DNA of 61,605 nt from Candidatus Pacearchaeota archaeon (GCA_018303785.1 JAGVXM010000001.1:1-61605), one strand, 5' to 3'; positions 36,771 to 46,149 are shown, counted from the stretch's first letter. Translations and numbers: made by a program. The notes: generated from the sequence alone by a model not told the origin.

Positions 36771-37284
36771 TAACATCATATTCCGCTTCTAATAATCCTG
36801 AATTATACAATTGTTGTTTTATTGGCTTGAGACTTATTTTTTTAATCCCGTAAAATAAAGGTATACCTTCGTCAATAATTACAGGATGCATGAATAAAAT
36901 CATGGAATCCAACAAACCAGCATTTAACAAATCGGCAATAATTCTTGTCCCTCCAACAATCCAAATATCTTTTTCCTCAATTTCTTTTAATTCTTTAACT
37001 AATGTAACCAAGTCTTTACGAATAATAATTCTTTCATCTTTAATCTCTTGTGAAGTAATTACATAACATTTTTTCCCATTATATGGCCATTCCTTCAATT
37101 CTGCAGAAAGTTCATATGTCTTCCTCCCCATGATCGTTGAACCAATTGAATTAAAAAAAGACGTGAAACCGTAATCCTGATCGTGAAACAGCCATGATAA
37201 ATCATTATTTTTCCCAGCAATAAAACCGTCAATCGAACAAGCTATGAAGAGAATTGTATTAGTCATGCTTTTCCGAATATACAA
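36763..37284 (-). CDS. Dihydrofolate-reductase-family (RibD C-terminal-like) protein
   Basis: Strings seen are LFIACSIDGFIAG and IWIVGGTRIIADLL. Confidence 0.6.
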   Translation of the reverse strand: MYIRKSMTNTILFIACSIDGFIAGKNNDLSWLFHDQDYGFTSFFNSIGSTIMGRKTYELSAELKEWPYNGKKCYVITSQEIKDERIIIRKDLVTLVKELKEIEEKDIWIVGGTRIIADLLNAGLLDSMILFMHPVIIDEGIPLFYGIKKISLKPIKQQLYNSGLLEAEYDVIN

Positions 37285-37316
37285 ATAATTAAAAATATCT
37301 CCATAATTATTTTAGT

Positions 37317-38477
37317 ATGAGATTTAATTATACTCTCTATCCGGAATCCAAACAGAAATTAATATCTGCAAGTTTAGTAGACAAAATTAAAGATAAAAAA
37401 GAAAAACATGAATTGCCGTACACTGGATACACTTCAAAATCTGATATTCACGAAATTGTTAAAGGAATGCAAGAAGAAGGTTATTTCAAAACATTACCTA
37501 AGGATGAACGAAAAGAATTTATGGAATCACTGGAAAATATTTTCAAAAATCAAGATGAAAATCCATGGAAAATTGAGAGGAGAGGAAAAATAATTAGTCA
37601 AGAAACTGAATGTGAAGATTTTTATTTTATGACAGGCTGGCTGGCTTCGTGTATCATGTCTCCGGAGGAAATTTGGAAATACCAAGAACATGGATTCTCC
37701 TCCATCAATAATTTTGTCGGAAGTATAGGTGCAGTAATTTGGAATCAAACGCATGGAAATCATAGAAAGGGTTATGAATGGACATTTCAATGGAACGGTA
37801 GGACATTTGTTAGTAATATCACAGGAGATATGAATCTTGATTTAAGGATATATAAAACCGATATCACTCCCGATAAAACTTATGATCCAATGGGAAAAAT
37901 TGTGTCATATAGGCCTGAATTAGAAGAAGACAAGCAATTGGTTTCACCATATCATTCAGAAGAGCCAAATTTTCTAATCGGCGTAATGAAATACGTCGAA
38001 CAGCTTAATTTAAAAAGTGCTATGCTTGAGAATAAAGCCCAACCATTAATTGATTATACAAAATCCTTAGGAAGAAGAATTGGAGCTGCTGCAGAATGTT
38101 TTGGAGGTTATGGAGCAAATCCTATGATTCTAATGGCTCATTTTGATTTGCCCATGCCTCAATTAGATGAAAACTATATGACTAACCATCCATCTATTTA
38201 CAATTTACATATTAGCTCAGAGAGTTCATTTGGTATGTTTATTGGCCCTAATAACGAACTTCTATTTTCAAGAAATACGGACTGTGAAACTAAAAAAATT
38301 ATCGACATGCAATTTCAACCTGATGAAGTTGATCATCTTTTAAAAGGCATATGCTTTCAAAGCTGTCAAGGTTTAGGAAGAACTGTTCCAAAAACATTAA
38401 TCGAAATTCTCGAATATTGCTATTCGGGAAAATATGAAGAAGATCTAAAAAGATTCAATGAAAAATATAAACATTAA
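37317..38477 (+). CDS. Hypothetical protein (386 aa)
   Basis: Long ORF with an AT-rich TATA-like box ~29 nt upstream. I recognise no motif. Confidence 0.6.
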   Translation: MRFNYTLYPESKQKLISASLVDKIKDKKEKHELPYTGYTSKSDIHEIVKGMQEEGYFKTLPKDERKEFMESLENIFKNQDENPWKIERRGKIISQETECEDFYFMTGWLASCIMSPEEIWKYQEHGFSSINNFVGSIGAVIWNQTHGNHRKGYEWTFQWNGRTFVSNITGDMNLDLRIYKTDITPDKTYDPMGKIVSYRPELEEDKQLVSPYHSEEPNFLIGVMKYVEQLNLKSAMLENKAQPLIDYTKSLGRRIGAAAECFGGYGANPMILMAHFDLPMPQLDENYMTNHPSIYNLHISSESSFGMFIGPNNELLFSRNTDCETKKIIDMQFQPDEVDHLLKGICFQSCQGLGRTVPKTLIEILEYCYSGKYEEDLKRFNEKYKH

Positions 38478-38484
38478 CAAAGAC

Positions 38485-38492
38485 TTTATAAA
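38485..38492 (+). promoter_or_regulatory. TATA box (TTTATAAA) 29 nt upstream of ATG 38514
   Basis: The spacing is leaderless. Confidence 0.45.
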
Positions 38493-38513
38493 TTTCTTTC
38501 TCGTTTTTATTTA

Positions 38514-39758
38514 ATGTCAATTAAAGGGGTTAAAGCACGAGAAATCTTAGATTCTCGAGGATATCCTACTATTGAAGTAGAAATTCTAACAGCAAAAGGA
38601 ATTTTTAGAGCGGATGTGCCAAGCGGAACTTCAACTGGAAAATTTGAAGCACATGAATTGCGGGATAATCAAAAGAAAAGGTATGATGGTAAAGGAGTCA
38701 AAAAAGCTATAACTGCCATAAATAATATCTCAAAAAAATTAATAGGCATGGATCCAAAAAATCAAAAAGAAATTGACATGCGATTAATTAATCTCGATGG
38801 AACAATCGACAAATCAAGTATAGGCGCGAATGCGCTATTGGGAATTAGTATAGCTGTATGCAAAGCAGGAGCAGCCGAATCAAATATGCCTTTGTTTGAA
38901 TATATAAAAAAAATATCCGGAAATAAAAAAATAAAAATGCCGACTCCATTAATGTTAGTATTAGAAGGAGGATCTCACGCAAATAATAGTTCAGATATTC
39001 AAGAATTCATGATTATTCCTAAGGCAAAAAACTGCACTGAAAAGATAAGAAAAGGAACCGAAGTTTATTATGCAGTCAAGGAAATGCTTGAAGAAAAAAA
39101 ATTCTCGACGAATGTTGGCTATGAAGGGGCATTTGCCAGTCCTTTTGAAAAAAACGAAAGAGTATTTGAGCTATTAACTACTGCAATTCATAAATCTAAA
39201 TTCGCCAAGAAAGATTTCTCATTTGCAATAGATATGGCTGCATCAGAACTTTATGATAAAAAAATGAAGAGGTACATTTTTTCAGCGGAAAAAAAATCCT
39301 ATGATGAAAATGGATTAATAAATTACTATAACAAACTCCAAAAAAAGTTTCACATAATGTCCATCGAAGACGGTTTTGAAGAAAATGATTGGAAATCCTG
39401 GAAAGATTTCACGAAAAAAACAGGAAAAAAATTAATGATTGTCGGTGACGATTTCCTGGCAACAAATCCTGCAAGAATAAGAAAAGCAATTCAAGAAAAA
39501 TCATGTAATGCATTGTTACTAAAAATAAATCAAATCGGCACTATAAATGAATCGTTGGAGGCATATGCTTTAGCAAAAAAAGCAGGATGGAAGATAATAG
39601 TAAGCCACAGAAGCGGAGAAACCACTGATAGTTTCATAGCTGACTTTGCCGTCGGTATTGGAGCAGATTATGTTAAATTTGGCGCTCCTGCACGAGGAGA
39701 AAGAACATCAAAATATAACGAGTTGTTGCGTATTGAAGAATTCGTGCGTAATAAATGA
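38514..39758 (+). CDS. eno: Enolase
   Basis: Strings seen are ILDSRGYPTIEVE and SHRSGETTDSFIADFAVG. Confidence 0.9.
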   Translation: MSIKGVKAREILDSRGYPTIEVEILTAKGIFRADVPSGTSTGKFEAHELRDNQKKRYDGKGVKKAITAINNISKKLIGMDPKNQKEIDMRLINLDGTIDKSSIGANALLGISIAVCKAGAAESNMPLFEYIKKISGNKKIKMPTPLMLVLEGGSHANNSSDIQEFMIIPKAKNCTEKIRKGTEVYYAVKEMLEEKKFSTNVGYEGAFASPFEKNERVFELLTTAIHKSKFAKKDFSFAIDMAASELYDKKMKRYIFSAEKKSYDENGLINYYNKLQKKFHIMSIEDGFEENDWKSWKDFTKKTGKKLMIVGDDFLATNPARIRKAIQEKSCNALLLKINQIGTINESLEAYALAKKAGWKIIVSHRSGETTDSFIADFAVGIGADYVKFGAPARGERTSKYNELLRIEEFVRNK

Positions 39759-40387
39759 GAGTTCGTGATTATTTTTTATATTCATTTGCAATTTTTTATT
39801 TGTTCATTGGACTAACCGCCATATTTAATACAATAGAAATTGGAAACGTCAACGGCATTTTATGGTTATGTTATATGAGCCTGTTCATGTTGTCGATTGG
39901 GATGTTTTTACAAGACGACGGGCTTATAATTAGCCAGTTAAATCTACTCATAATCCCCCTACTACTATGGAATATTGATTTCTTTTCTTATTTTATTCTC
40001 AGTAGTCAAACTTTATTGGGTATAACCAACTACATGTTTATTCCAGGAAATACCGTCGGAAAATTAGTAGGATTGCAGCATGTTATAACCATCCCCCTAT
40101 CCTTATTGGCCTTATATTTTATGCCAATAAAAAGTATTCACAGCTGGAGAATAAGTTTTGTTCAAGTAGCAAGTTTATTCTTAGTAACTTTAATGCTTAC
40201 ACCAGAAGAAAGCAATATTAATTACGTCTACAAATTAGGATTTAGCGAATCCTTTAACAATTCATTTTACCCTTTATATTGGTTTAGCTCAATTTTTATT
40301 ATTGTTGTGTTAACTAATTATTGCATAGTTTATTTAATGAAAAAAACTCATCCTAACTTTATGAAAGGTTCTGCAAGAAAGAAATAA
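39755..40387 (+). CDS. Integral membrane protein (210 aa)
   Basis: It has about 6 TM segments. Its start overlaps the eno stop (ATGA). Confidence 0.55.
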   Translation: MRVRDYFLYSFAIFYLFIGLTAIFNTIEIGNVNGILWLCYMSLFMLSIGMFLQDDGLIISQLNLLIIPLLLWNIDFFSYFILSSQTLLGITNYMFIPGNTVGKLVGLQHVITIPLSLLALYFMPIKSIHSWRISFVQVASLFLVTLMLTPEESNINYVYKLGFSESFNNSFYPLYWFSSIFIIVVLTNYCIVYLMKKTHPNFMKGSARKK

Positions 40388-40817
40388 TCTCCTGAACATG
40401 GTCTTGGGGTTTTACATTTTCAAAAATTTTAATAATTCTTTCCTGGGAAATAATAAACGTAGTACGCTTAATACCATAAAATTTTTTACCCATAAAGCTT
40501 TTTTCACCATATACTCCATATAATTTACTAACAACAAAATCAGGATCAGAAACTAAAGTTACAGAAAGATTATATTTTGAGCAAAACTTTTTCTTTGATA
40601 CATTATCTCCGCCTGATATGCCAATAACTTCTGCACCTAATTTTTTTAAATCAAGTATATGTTTTGAAAATTCAATTGCTTCAATAGTGCAACCCGGAGT
40701 ATCATCTTTAGGATAAAAATACAAAACGAGATATTTAGCATTAGTTTTCAAAAAGTGAAAGTTCCCGTCTTTATCTTGCAAAGAAAATGTTGGTGCAGGT
40801 AGATTTTCTGATAGCAT
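40359..40817 (-). CDS. bcp: Thioredoxin-dependent peroxiredoxin (Bcp type)
   Basis: YFYPKDDTPGCTIEA is the peroxidatic-Cys motif. Confidence 0.8.
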   Translation of the reverse strand: MLSENLPAPTFSLQDKDGNFHFLKTNAKYLVLYFYPKDDTPGCTIEAIEFSKHILDLKKLGAEVIGISGGDNVSKKKFCSKYNLSVTLVSDPDFVVSKLYGVYGEKSFMGKKFYGIKRTTFIISQERIIKIFENVKPQDHVQEIISFLQNLS

Positions 40818-40824
40818 TGTTAAT

Positions 40825-41103
40825 CTAAGAATTGTCTTTTATTACCTCGTCTACTAATCTTTTTTGCAAGTCAAGATGAGAGCCAATTATATCTAATACA
40901 TTTCTTTTACCAAGAACACGATGAATGTGGTTTTTTCTTGGTACTATGATACATTCTCTAAAATCAAATTTCGCCGGCAAGGCAATGTATCCTTGGTAAT
41001 TAACTTCTTCAGAAGTTTTTTCAGAAGTGAAAATCCCATAAAAATCATCTGGCAAAGGGAATCCTAACGGCATTCCGCAACTTTGACATCGAGGCTTATT
41101 CAT
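40825..41103 (-). CDS. Zinc-ribbon-containing small protein (92 aa)
   Basis: Only a CQSCGMPL string is seen at the N-terminus. Confidence 0.45.
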   Translation of the reverse strand: MNKPRCQSCGMPLGFPLPDDFYGIFTSEKTSEEVNYQGYIALPAKFDFRECIIVPRKNHIHRVLGKRNVLDIIGSHLDLQKRLVDEVIKDNS

Positions 41104-41145
41104 AATTCATGAAGCAGTCGCATCCTTAAAAATTTTTGTATAAAA

Positions 41146-41220
41146 TAGCGGGAGATGGATTTGAACCATCGACCTCCGGGTTATGGGCCCGGCGAGAACT
41201 CCAGACTTCTCTACCCCGCT
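41146..41220 (-). tRNA. Initiator tRNA-Met (anticodon CAT)
   Basis: The rc reads AGCGGGG...CCGGG-CCCATAA-CCCGG...GATGG-TTCAAAT-CCATC-TCCCGCT-A. The A1:U72 pair and three G-C pairs closing the anticodon stem are archaeal initiator hallmarks. Confidence 0.85.
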
Positions 41221-41244
41221 ATACGAAAAGTCAAATTAATAATC

Positions 41245-41268
41245 CTTATAAAGGTAACTGTTACCTTT
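41245..41268 (-). promoter_or_regulatory. tRNA-iMet promoter: TATA (TTTATAAG, minus strand) overlapped by the 19-nt palindrome AAAGGTAAC-T-GTTACCTTT
   Basis: The TATA (41245-41252) starts 32 nt upstream of the tRNA 5' end. The perfect 9-bp-arm palindrome spans 41250-41268. Confidence 0.45.
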
Positions 41269-41300
41269 TTTATAGAGTGTGTAGTTCTATTATAATAATC

Positions 41301-41308
41301 TCTATAAA
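41301..41308 (+). promoter_or_regulatory. TATA box (TCTATAAA) 29 nt upstream of ATG 41330
   Basis: The spacing is leaderless. Confidence 0.4.
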
Positions 41309-41329
41309 TCTAAAAGTAAACGCATTCTT

Positions 41330-42730
41330 ATGAGGAGACTAGATTTTTCAAGAGAATCTGAAATTGTCGGAGAAGATTTTAGTGAAGTGATAAAAAAATA
41401 CGGTGGAAAAAATGCAGGGTTATTACTCGCTAAAAAAATATGGTATAACAAAAAAGAGTTTCCTCGAGGAGACGCTCCCCTCATGATAAAAAATATTCCT
41501 ATTCCCACAATACTATATAAAATCTCGGAAGAGATACTACAAGATTCTATACGTGAACCTATGGATGAGGAAGCTTTTTTAAAAATGGATATATCTGAAA
41601 TGATGTACCAGCATAAAAATTTTAGAGATGAATTGGATAAAAATATTAGAAGATGTAAAAGAGCTTTTGGAAAATATTCACAAGAATCAGAATATTATAT
41701 ACGATCATCTACCACGCTTGAAGATTTTGTTGATGACAGATATTATGGAACGTTTGAAACAATGCAACGAAGAAAATGTTTTAAAAAAAATAAAAGAAAC
41801 CAAAAACTTTCGCTGATTGAAGATATGATAACACTTATACAAAGATTTTATGCAATGAAACATTATACCGAAGGATTTTTCGAACTGCAATCTGATGAAT
41901 CTTTAGGAATAATGGTAATGCCTTCTATTCCTGGATTACATATTATTTCGTATTCCTCATATCCTGAAATTAAAGGTTCACCAGTAATTCATGAAATCTC
42001 AAAAATAAACGATCATGATCACGCTCCAGATCCGTTAGTGCTTATTAAAGTTCACGGAGATACAATCAAAGATATAGAAATCATTCCTGCAACAGCTGAT
42101 GCATATAGTACGCAGGATCCACAAGAAAATATTTTTAATTTTCCTGACACATATAAATCGCACTATGAATATGACAATCCTTTTGAAATTAATGGTGTAA
42201 GATCTCCGATTTCTCATGCTGAAATAAGGGTATTGACCCATTTTTCTCGACGGGGAGAGCATGCATTATCCTATAGTGTAAATACTGAATTGAAGTTGGT
42301 GAGACATGAGTATTATTCTAATATATATCTGGTACAATTGCGGCCAACACCGGTTATAGAAAATTTTTCGCCATTGCCGCCATTACAAGATTCACAAATC
42401 TTGTTATCAGAAACGCCGTTTGTCTACGGTGCGTTTAGCTATTGTGCACCTGTTCTGATGACGGAAGATAAGAATGTCGCACGAGCAGGAATATCCATTA
42501 ATAAGTCGGTAATCGTTTTAGATTCAGACAGACAAAAAGGGCATCGGTTGTTTTGGGGAAATCAAGGAGACAATTGCCTTGCGTTGATTAACCCAAAACA
42601 AGGGAGAACACTCAGCCATGGATATGCAATAGTTCCTCCCTTTGGAAAATATAGAAAAAAATTTCATGCAATTGGTGCGCCTCGATTAAAAGATTTATAT
42701 CAAGAAAACCTTGTGTGTACCACACACTAA
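41330..42730 (+). CDS. PEP-synthase-like ATP-grasp (PPDK_N-like) plus swivel phosphohistidine-like domain protein lacking the TIM-barrel domain
   Basis: YGGKNAGLL, RSSTTLEDFVDDRYYGTFETM and IYLVQLRP parallel GGKGASLSEM, RSSATTEDLVDASFAGQQETF and YIIQSRP of the ppsA in this window. C-terminal GRTLSHGYAIV parallels GGMTSHAAIV. Confidence 0.6.
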   Translation: MRRLDFSRESEIVGEDFSEVIKKYGGKNAGLLLAKKIWYNKKEFPRGDAPLMIKNIPIPTILYKISEEILQDSIREPMDEEAFLKMDISEMMYQHKNFRDELDKNIRRCKRAFGKYSQESEYYIRSSTTLEDFVDDRYYGTFETMQRRKCFKKNKRNQKLSLIEDMITLIQRFYAMKHYTEGFFELQSDESLGIMVMPSIPGLHIISYSSYPEIKGSPVIHEISKINDHDHAPDPLVLIKVHGDTIKDIEIIPATADAYSTQDPQENIFNFPDTYKSHYEYDNPFEINGVRSPISHAEIRVLTHFSRRGEHALSYSVNTELKLVRHEYYSNIYLVQLRPTPVIENFSPLPPLQDSQILLSETPFVYGAFSYCAPVLMTEDKNVARAGISINKSVIVLDSDRQKGHRLFWGNQGDNCLALINPKQGRTLSHGYAIVPPFGKYRKKFHAIGAPRLKDLYQENLVCTTH

Positions 42731-42753
42731 AGTGTGTGGTTTGTTTTGGTTTT
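42719..42753 (+). terminator. 9-bp hairpin (ACCACACAC-TAAA-GTGTGTGGT) plus a T-rich tract
   Basis: The stop codon of the 41330 gene lies in the loop, followed by TTGTTTTGGTTTT. Confidence 0.45.
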
Positions 42754-42810
42754 CTGGATGATCCAAAATCTAAAACCTTAAAGCTACGACCACATACATA
42801 ACAAGTTTGA

Positions 42811-42987
42811 ATTAAAAGAATATCCTACCGACCAGGATCCGCACGCTTTGGAGAAACACCGTTTCCAATAATCATTGAATCTGACGGACGTTCGGGAAGA
42901 ATTTCCATTCCAAAAGAATTTCGTGAAATCTATGAAAAAACAAATAACCCACGGATTTTTGAGAGAAATATTGAACATCTTTTTTAA
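42811..42987 (+). pseudogene. AbrB/SpoVT-like fragment without a canonical start codon
   Basis: The frame reads ...PIIIESDGRSGRISIPKEFREIYEKTNNPRIFERNIEHLF and GRISIPKEFRE is AbrB-like. There is no ATG, GTG or TTG after the upstream stop at 42808-42810. Confidence 0.3.
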
Positions 42988-43060
42988 TTCCAATATCTTT
43001 ATAATAAGGCATTCTTTTTGAAGACCTTATTAAGGATTAGGAAATTAATAGAATAAATGA

Positions 43061-43405
43061 TTAAATTAATTGAGGAATATTTTGATAGTTGCCTTTTGGA
43101 ATTTCTAAAGTATCATCATATCTTCTTTCATTTTTTCCCCAACCAATAAGACACCTTCCTAAAGGCAATTTATTTGTCATTGCATAAATTTGAAATTCTT
43201 TATCATCCTTAAACCAAAGTGCACTAGTTCTCCAAATAAAATCTTTAAGTTCTCTAGAAGTCATTTCTCCACCATTCTTAAATCCATAATGAGAGAGTCC
43301 CAACATTCTTTTTACTAAAATTCCAGTATCCTTGACATCTCTTACAGTTTCCTCTAAATCAGCCTTCCATCCTTCCAAACTTAAATAATCTTTAGCCTTT
43401 TGCAT
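43061..43405 (-). CDS. Hypothetical protein (114 aa)
   Basis: The only evidence is the open reading frame. Confidence 0.45.
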   Translation of the reverse strand: MQKAKDYLSLEGWKADLEETVRDVKDTGILVKRMLGLSHYGFKNGGEMTSRELKDFIWRTSALWFKDDKEFQIYAMTNKLPLGRCLIGWGKNERRYDDTLEIPKGNYQNIPQLI

Positions 43406-43518
43406 TTTGACTACCTTATTTTTCTTAATAACAAACTATATTTAAACCTTTCTATATGTAATTACTTTATAATAACAAATATTTTATTCCTAATAAGGTC
43501 TTCACTTTAAAGTCCCTA

Positions 43519-43549
43519 TTTATAATATTGGAGACAAACTGTCCACTAT
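43519..43549. repeat. TTTATAAT followed by a degenerate copy of the ATGTGRGAACAAWACTTCWCACAT element
   Basis: ATTGGAGACAAACTGTCCACTAT (43527-43549) aligns at roughly two-thirds identity with 44359-44382, and the preceding TTTATAATAT is identical. Confidence 0.35.
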
Positions 43550-43621
43550 CTTGCGGAAAAAGAACTAACTGCGATTTTTATTTTTAGAAAGACTTAAATA
43601 GCAACCTTAATGAAAGTTTTT

Positions 43622-44290
43622 ATGGAAAGTAAACAAGTTGCAGGGATTAGAAGAGCAGTCAGGTTAGGTAAAACTCTGCAATCTGACTTGGGAGAAAAAT
43701 TAAGAGATTTTTATAAAGGCGGAGGCACTATTTATCAAGCAATAGATGAATTTGATGTACGAGAGATATATGCTGTTACATATAGTGTTGCGCGCGTCGG
43801 AATTAGGTTGGCGCTTGCAGGATCAAATTGGGATAATAGAAGTTTTGAACCTTATGATGGGCTTATTGAAGATGAAATGGAGAGAGATAAAATAAGACGT
43901 GAACATTTGGCTGAATCAGGTAAATCAATAGGAAATAAGATGTATCTTGAAGGAAAAGGAATTCATACTCAAACTCCAGAAGAAAGAAGAAAATTGGCTT
44001 TTAGAGGTGGCAAGACTATGGGAAATAAAGCTTACAAAGAAAAACTAGGAGTTCATGCGAGATCTCAATCACAAATGAGAAAGGACTCGCTTAAAGCATT
44101 GGTAGCAAGAGGAGGAACTCTTTGGTCTGAAGAAGAAATAAAATTAGTTCATGGGCTTAAACGAGATGGATATAAAACGCTAGAAATTGCGCAATCACTA
44201 AATGGTTCTTTTCATAATGGTGAAGAAATAAGAACAATTCATGCTGTCGGCTATATTTTATATCAATACAAAAAAGCGCAATCTAATTAA
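43622..44290 (+). CDS. Hypothetical DNA-binding-like protein with tandem ~34-aa GK..GNK.Y.E..G.H repeats and a Myb/HTH-like C-terminus
   Basis: The repeats are GKSIGNKMYLEGKGIHT and GKTMGNKAYKEKLGVHA, and the C-terminus reads WSEEEIKLVHGLKRDGYKTLEIAQSL. The TATA at 43593-43600 fits the second ATG (43622) rather than 43610. Confidence 0.55.
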   Translation: MESKQVAGIRRAVRLGKTLQSDLGEKLRDFYKGGGTIYQAIDEFDVREIYAVTYSVARVGIRLALAGSNWDNRSFEPYDGLIEDEMERDKIRREHLAESGKSIGNKMYLEGKGIHTQTPEERRKLAFRGGKTMGNKAYKEKLGVHARSQSQMRKDSLKALVARGGTLWSEEEIKLVHGLKRDGYKTLEIAQSLNGSFHNGEEIRTIHAVGYILYQYKKAQSN

Positions 44291-44319
44291 TATTAATTGC
44301 AATCTTATTTCATTATTCG

Positions 44320-44383
44320 CTCTAAGATATGAGACAAAATATCCAATATCTTTATAATATGTGAGAACAAAACTTCTCACATA
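44320..44383. repeat. ~64-nt repeat element copy B, ending in a perfect 9-bp hairpin (ATGTGAGAA-CAAAAC-TTCTCACAT)
   Basis: CTCTAAG..GAGACAAAAT...TATGTGAGAACAAAACTTCTCACATA aligns with 46263-46315. Confidence 0.55.
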
Positions 44384-44438
44384 GTGTTTTGGTGATTTGC
44401 TAAAAAGTTCCCATTTACGAAGAATATGTCTCAAAATA

Positions 44439-44975
44439 TTAAGAAGTTAGTGTTTTATTCTCGTAAGTTATCTTTACAGGTTCGCCATCTTGTAACAGCT
44501 CAACAATTCTCGCCCCACCATTACCACTTAATTTTACTTTAACTTCCATTCCTCGTGTTTCAAATCTTGCACCCCTCTCAAAAAAGTATTGTTCAATTCC
44601 ATATTCAACTTGCATACTCTCTCCATAAATCGATTTTACTTGTCCTTTAATGAATAAATCATCTTTAGAGGGTTTATCTAAAGAAGCTATTTTATATCTA
44701 GAAGTTCCGTTAACATCTTCTATAAGCGAAACATATATATTATTTCCCACTTCTGCGCCTTCAATAGAAGGAATAGAAGCAATTTCATAACGAATTACTA
44801 TATATTGCCCCCTAATTAAATCAAAAGGGTCTACTGGTTGTGTTGCCAAAACTGCTGTTTTTGTACTTAATAGAGGAATAGAAATATATAACAAAAACCC
44901 TCCTAAAATAAGAAATAAAACTACAAGAATGATCGCCAATTTCATATATTCTTTATTTTTAGATTTTGATTCCAT
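44439..44975 (-). CDS. GDYXXLXY-domain protein
   Basis: It has an N-terminal TM segment, and DPFDLIRGQYIVIRYEI matches the family signature region. It is adjacent to a DUF2157-like partner, as is usual for this family. Confidence 0.55.
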   Translation of the reverse strand: MESKSKNKEYMKLAIILVVLFLILGGFLLYISIPLLSTKTAVLATQPVDPFDLIRGQYIVIRYEIASIPSIEGAEVGNNIYVSLIEDVNGTSRYKIASLDKPSKDDLFIKGQVKSIYGESMQVEYGIEQYFFERGARFETRGMEVKVKLSGNGGARIVELLQDGEPVKITYENKTLTS

Positions 44976-44976
44976 T

Positions 44977-46149
44977 TTAGTAAATTGAATAATTTTGAGA
45001 AGATTTCTCTTTTGTCTTTTCGATTAATCTTCTTCTCCATTTTTCAATTCCCCAACCACCAGCAATTAAGATTATTCCCCCAATTATAGACATTACTGCA
45101 AATCCAACTTGCCCGCCAAAATCAAGAACAAATCCAATGTAACGAGTTATTATGTCCAATCCAAAGAACATAATTGCCAAATTGACTATTTTAGCAGATT
45201 GGTATCTTGTTCCATAACCTATAACGGAAAGTATCACAAAAATAAATAAAACGTTATCGAAAAGCCACATTACCCAAAGTCCACCACTAATTGAACCTCT
45301 AGATACGCTTTCTCCAGAAATAAGACTTGCTAAACTAATTAGTAAGATATAAAGGAAAACTAAACCTACAAATCCTATAACTTCTTTTCCTGTAAGTTTA
45401 TTTTTACTAACAGACATGAAAATTCCAACAATAGCCAAAACTATTGCTACAAGAGAAATTATTATCAAGAAAAATAATACATTAGCCGTTAGTTCAAATC
45501 CTTTTGGCCATAGCATTGTTAAAAGACTCTGGAAGCTTAAAATATAAGTTAAAAGAAGAACATAAAAAGCTGTCCAATATCTATACACTTCTGAAAATTC
45601 ATGGTCTCGCGATTTATGTATTTGGGTTAATCCGTATAATCCAACCCCAACAACTAAATAAATTATTGCTAAAATTCCAACTGAGAAATCTCCTCTAAAC
45701 AATTCAACAAATGAGAAATATTGCAAACTTATCCAAACTAAAAATTCTGCTAATGCAATAACCAAACTTGAAGATGAATCAAAAACATAAGACGCAAATA
45801 GTATTCCAATCCAAGCCAATAAAAGTAAAAAAGCATTAGCTTGTAATGACGTCGCTAAATTAAAGGTCTGCGCAATTAAAAATATACTTAATGTATAGAG
45901 TAACGCACCAAGAACTAAAAGCGAACCTCCAATTTTTTCGTAATCGTGCGTTCTGAATAAAACCCCTGCAGTATAAGCTCCTGCTGTTGCAGAAACTAAA
46001 ATTAAAACTTTCAATGCTGAAGGCATACCAGCCCAATTTAATGCAATTAGCCAAGCAATTCCTAATGCAATTAATATCGAACCGATAGTTGCAACAACAG
46101 CTCCGAAAGAAATATGTTGTTTTAGTTCAATATCTTCATTTCCTGCCAT
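44977..46149 (-). CDS. DUF2157-like polytopic membrane protein
   Basis: It has about 11 TM segments, a 1-nt gap to the GDYXXLXY gene and a leaderless TATA ~30 nt upstream. Confidence 0.5.
   Translation of the reverse strand: MAGNEDIELKQHISFGAVVATIGSILIALGIAWLIALNWAGMPSALKVLILVSATAGAYTAGVLFRTHDYEKIGGSLLVLGALLYTLSIFLIAQTFNLATSLQANAFLLLLAWIGILFASYVFDSSSSLVIALAEFLVWISLQYFSFVELFRGDFSVGILAIIYLVVGVGLYGLTQIHKSRDHEFSEVYRYWTAFYVLLLTYILSFQSLLTMLWPKGFELTANVLFFLIIISLVAIVLAIVGIFMSVSKNKLTGKEVIGFVGLVFLYILLISLASLISGESVSRGSISGGLWVMWLFDNVLFIFVILSVIGYGTRYQSAKIVNLAIMFFGLDIITRYIGFVLDFGGQVGFAVMSIIGGIILIAGGWGIEKWRRRLIEKTKEKSSQNYSIY

Noticed and set aside
41136-41333. The 65-aa ORF from the track.
   Set aside because: It runs antisense across the tRNA-iMet gene and its promoter, and the open frame is explained by the tRNA sequence.
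42784-42993. The 69-aa minus-strand ORF.
   Set aside because: The plus strand at the same place encodes a recognisable AbrB-like string, and the minus-strand translation has no features.
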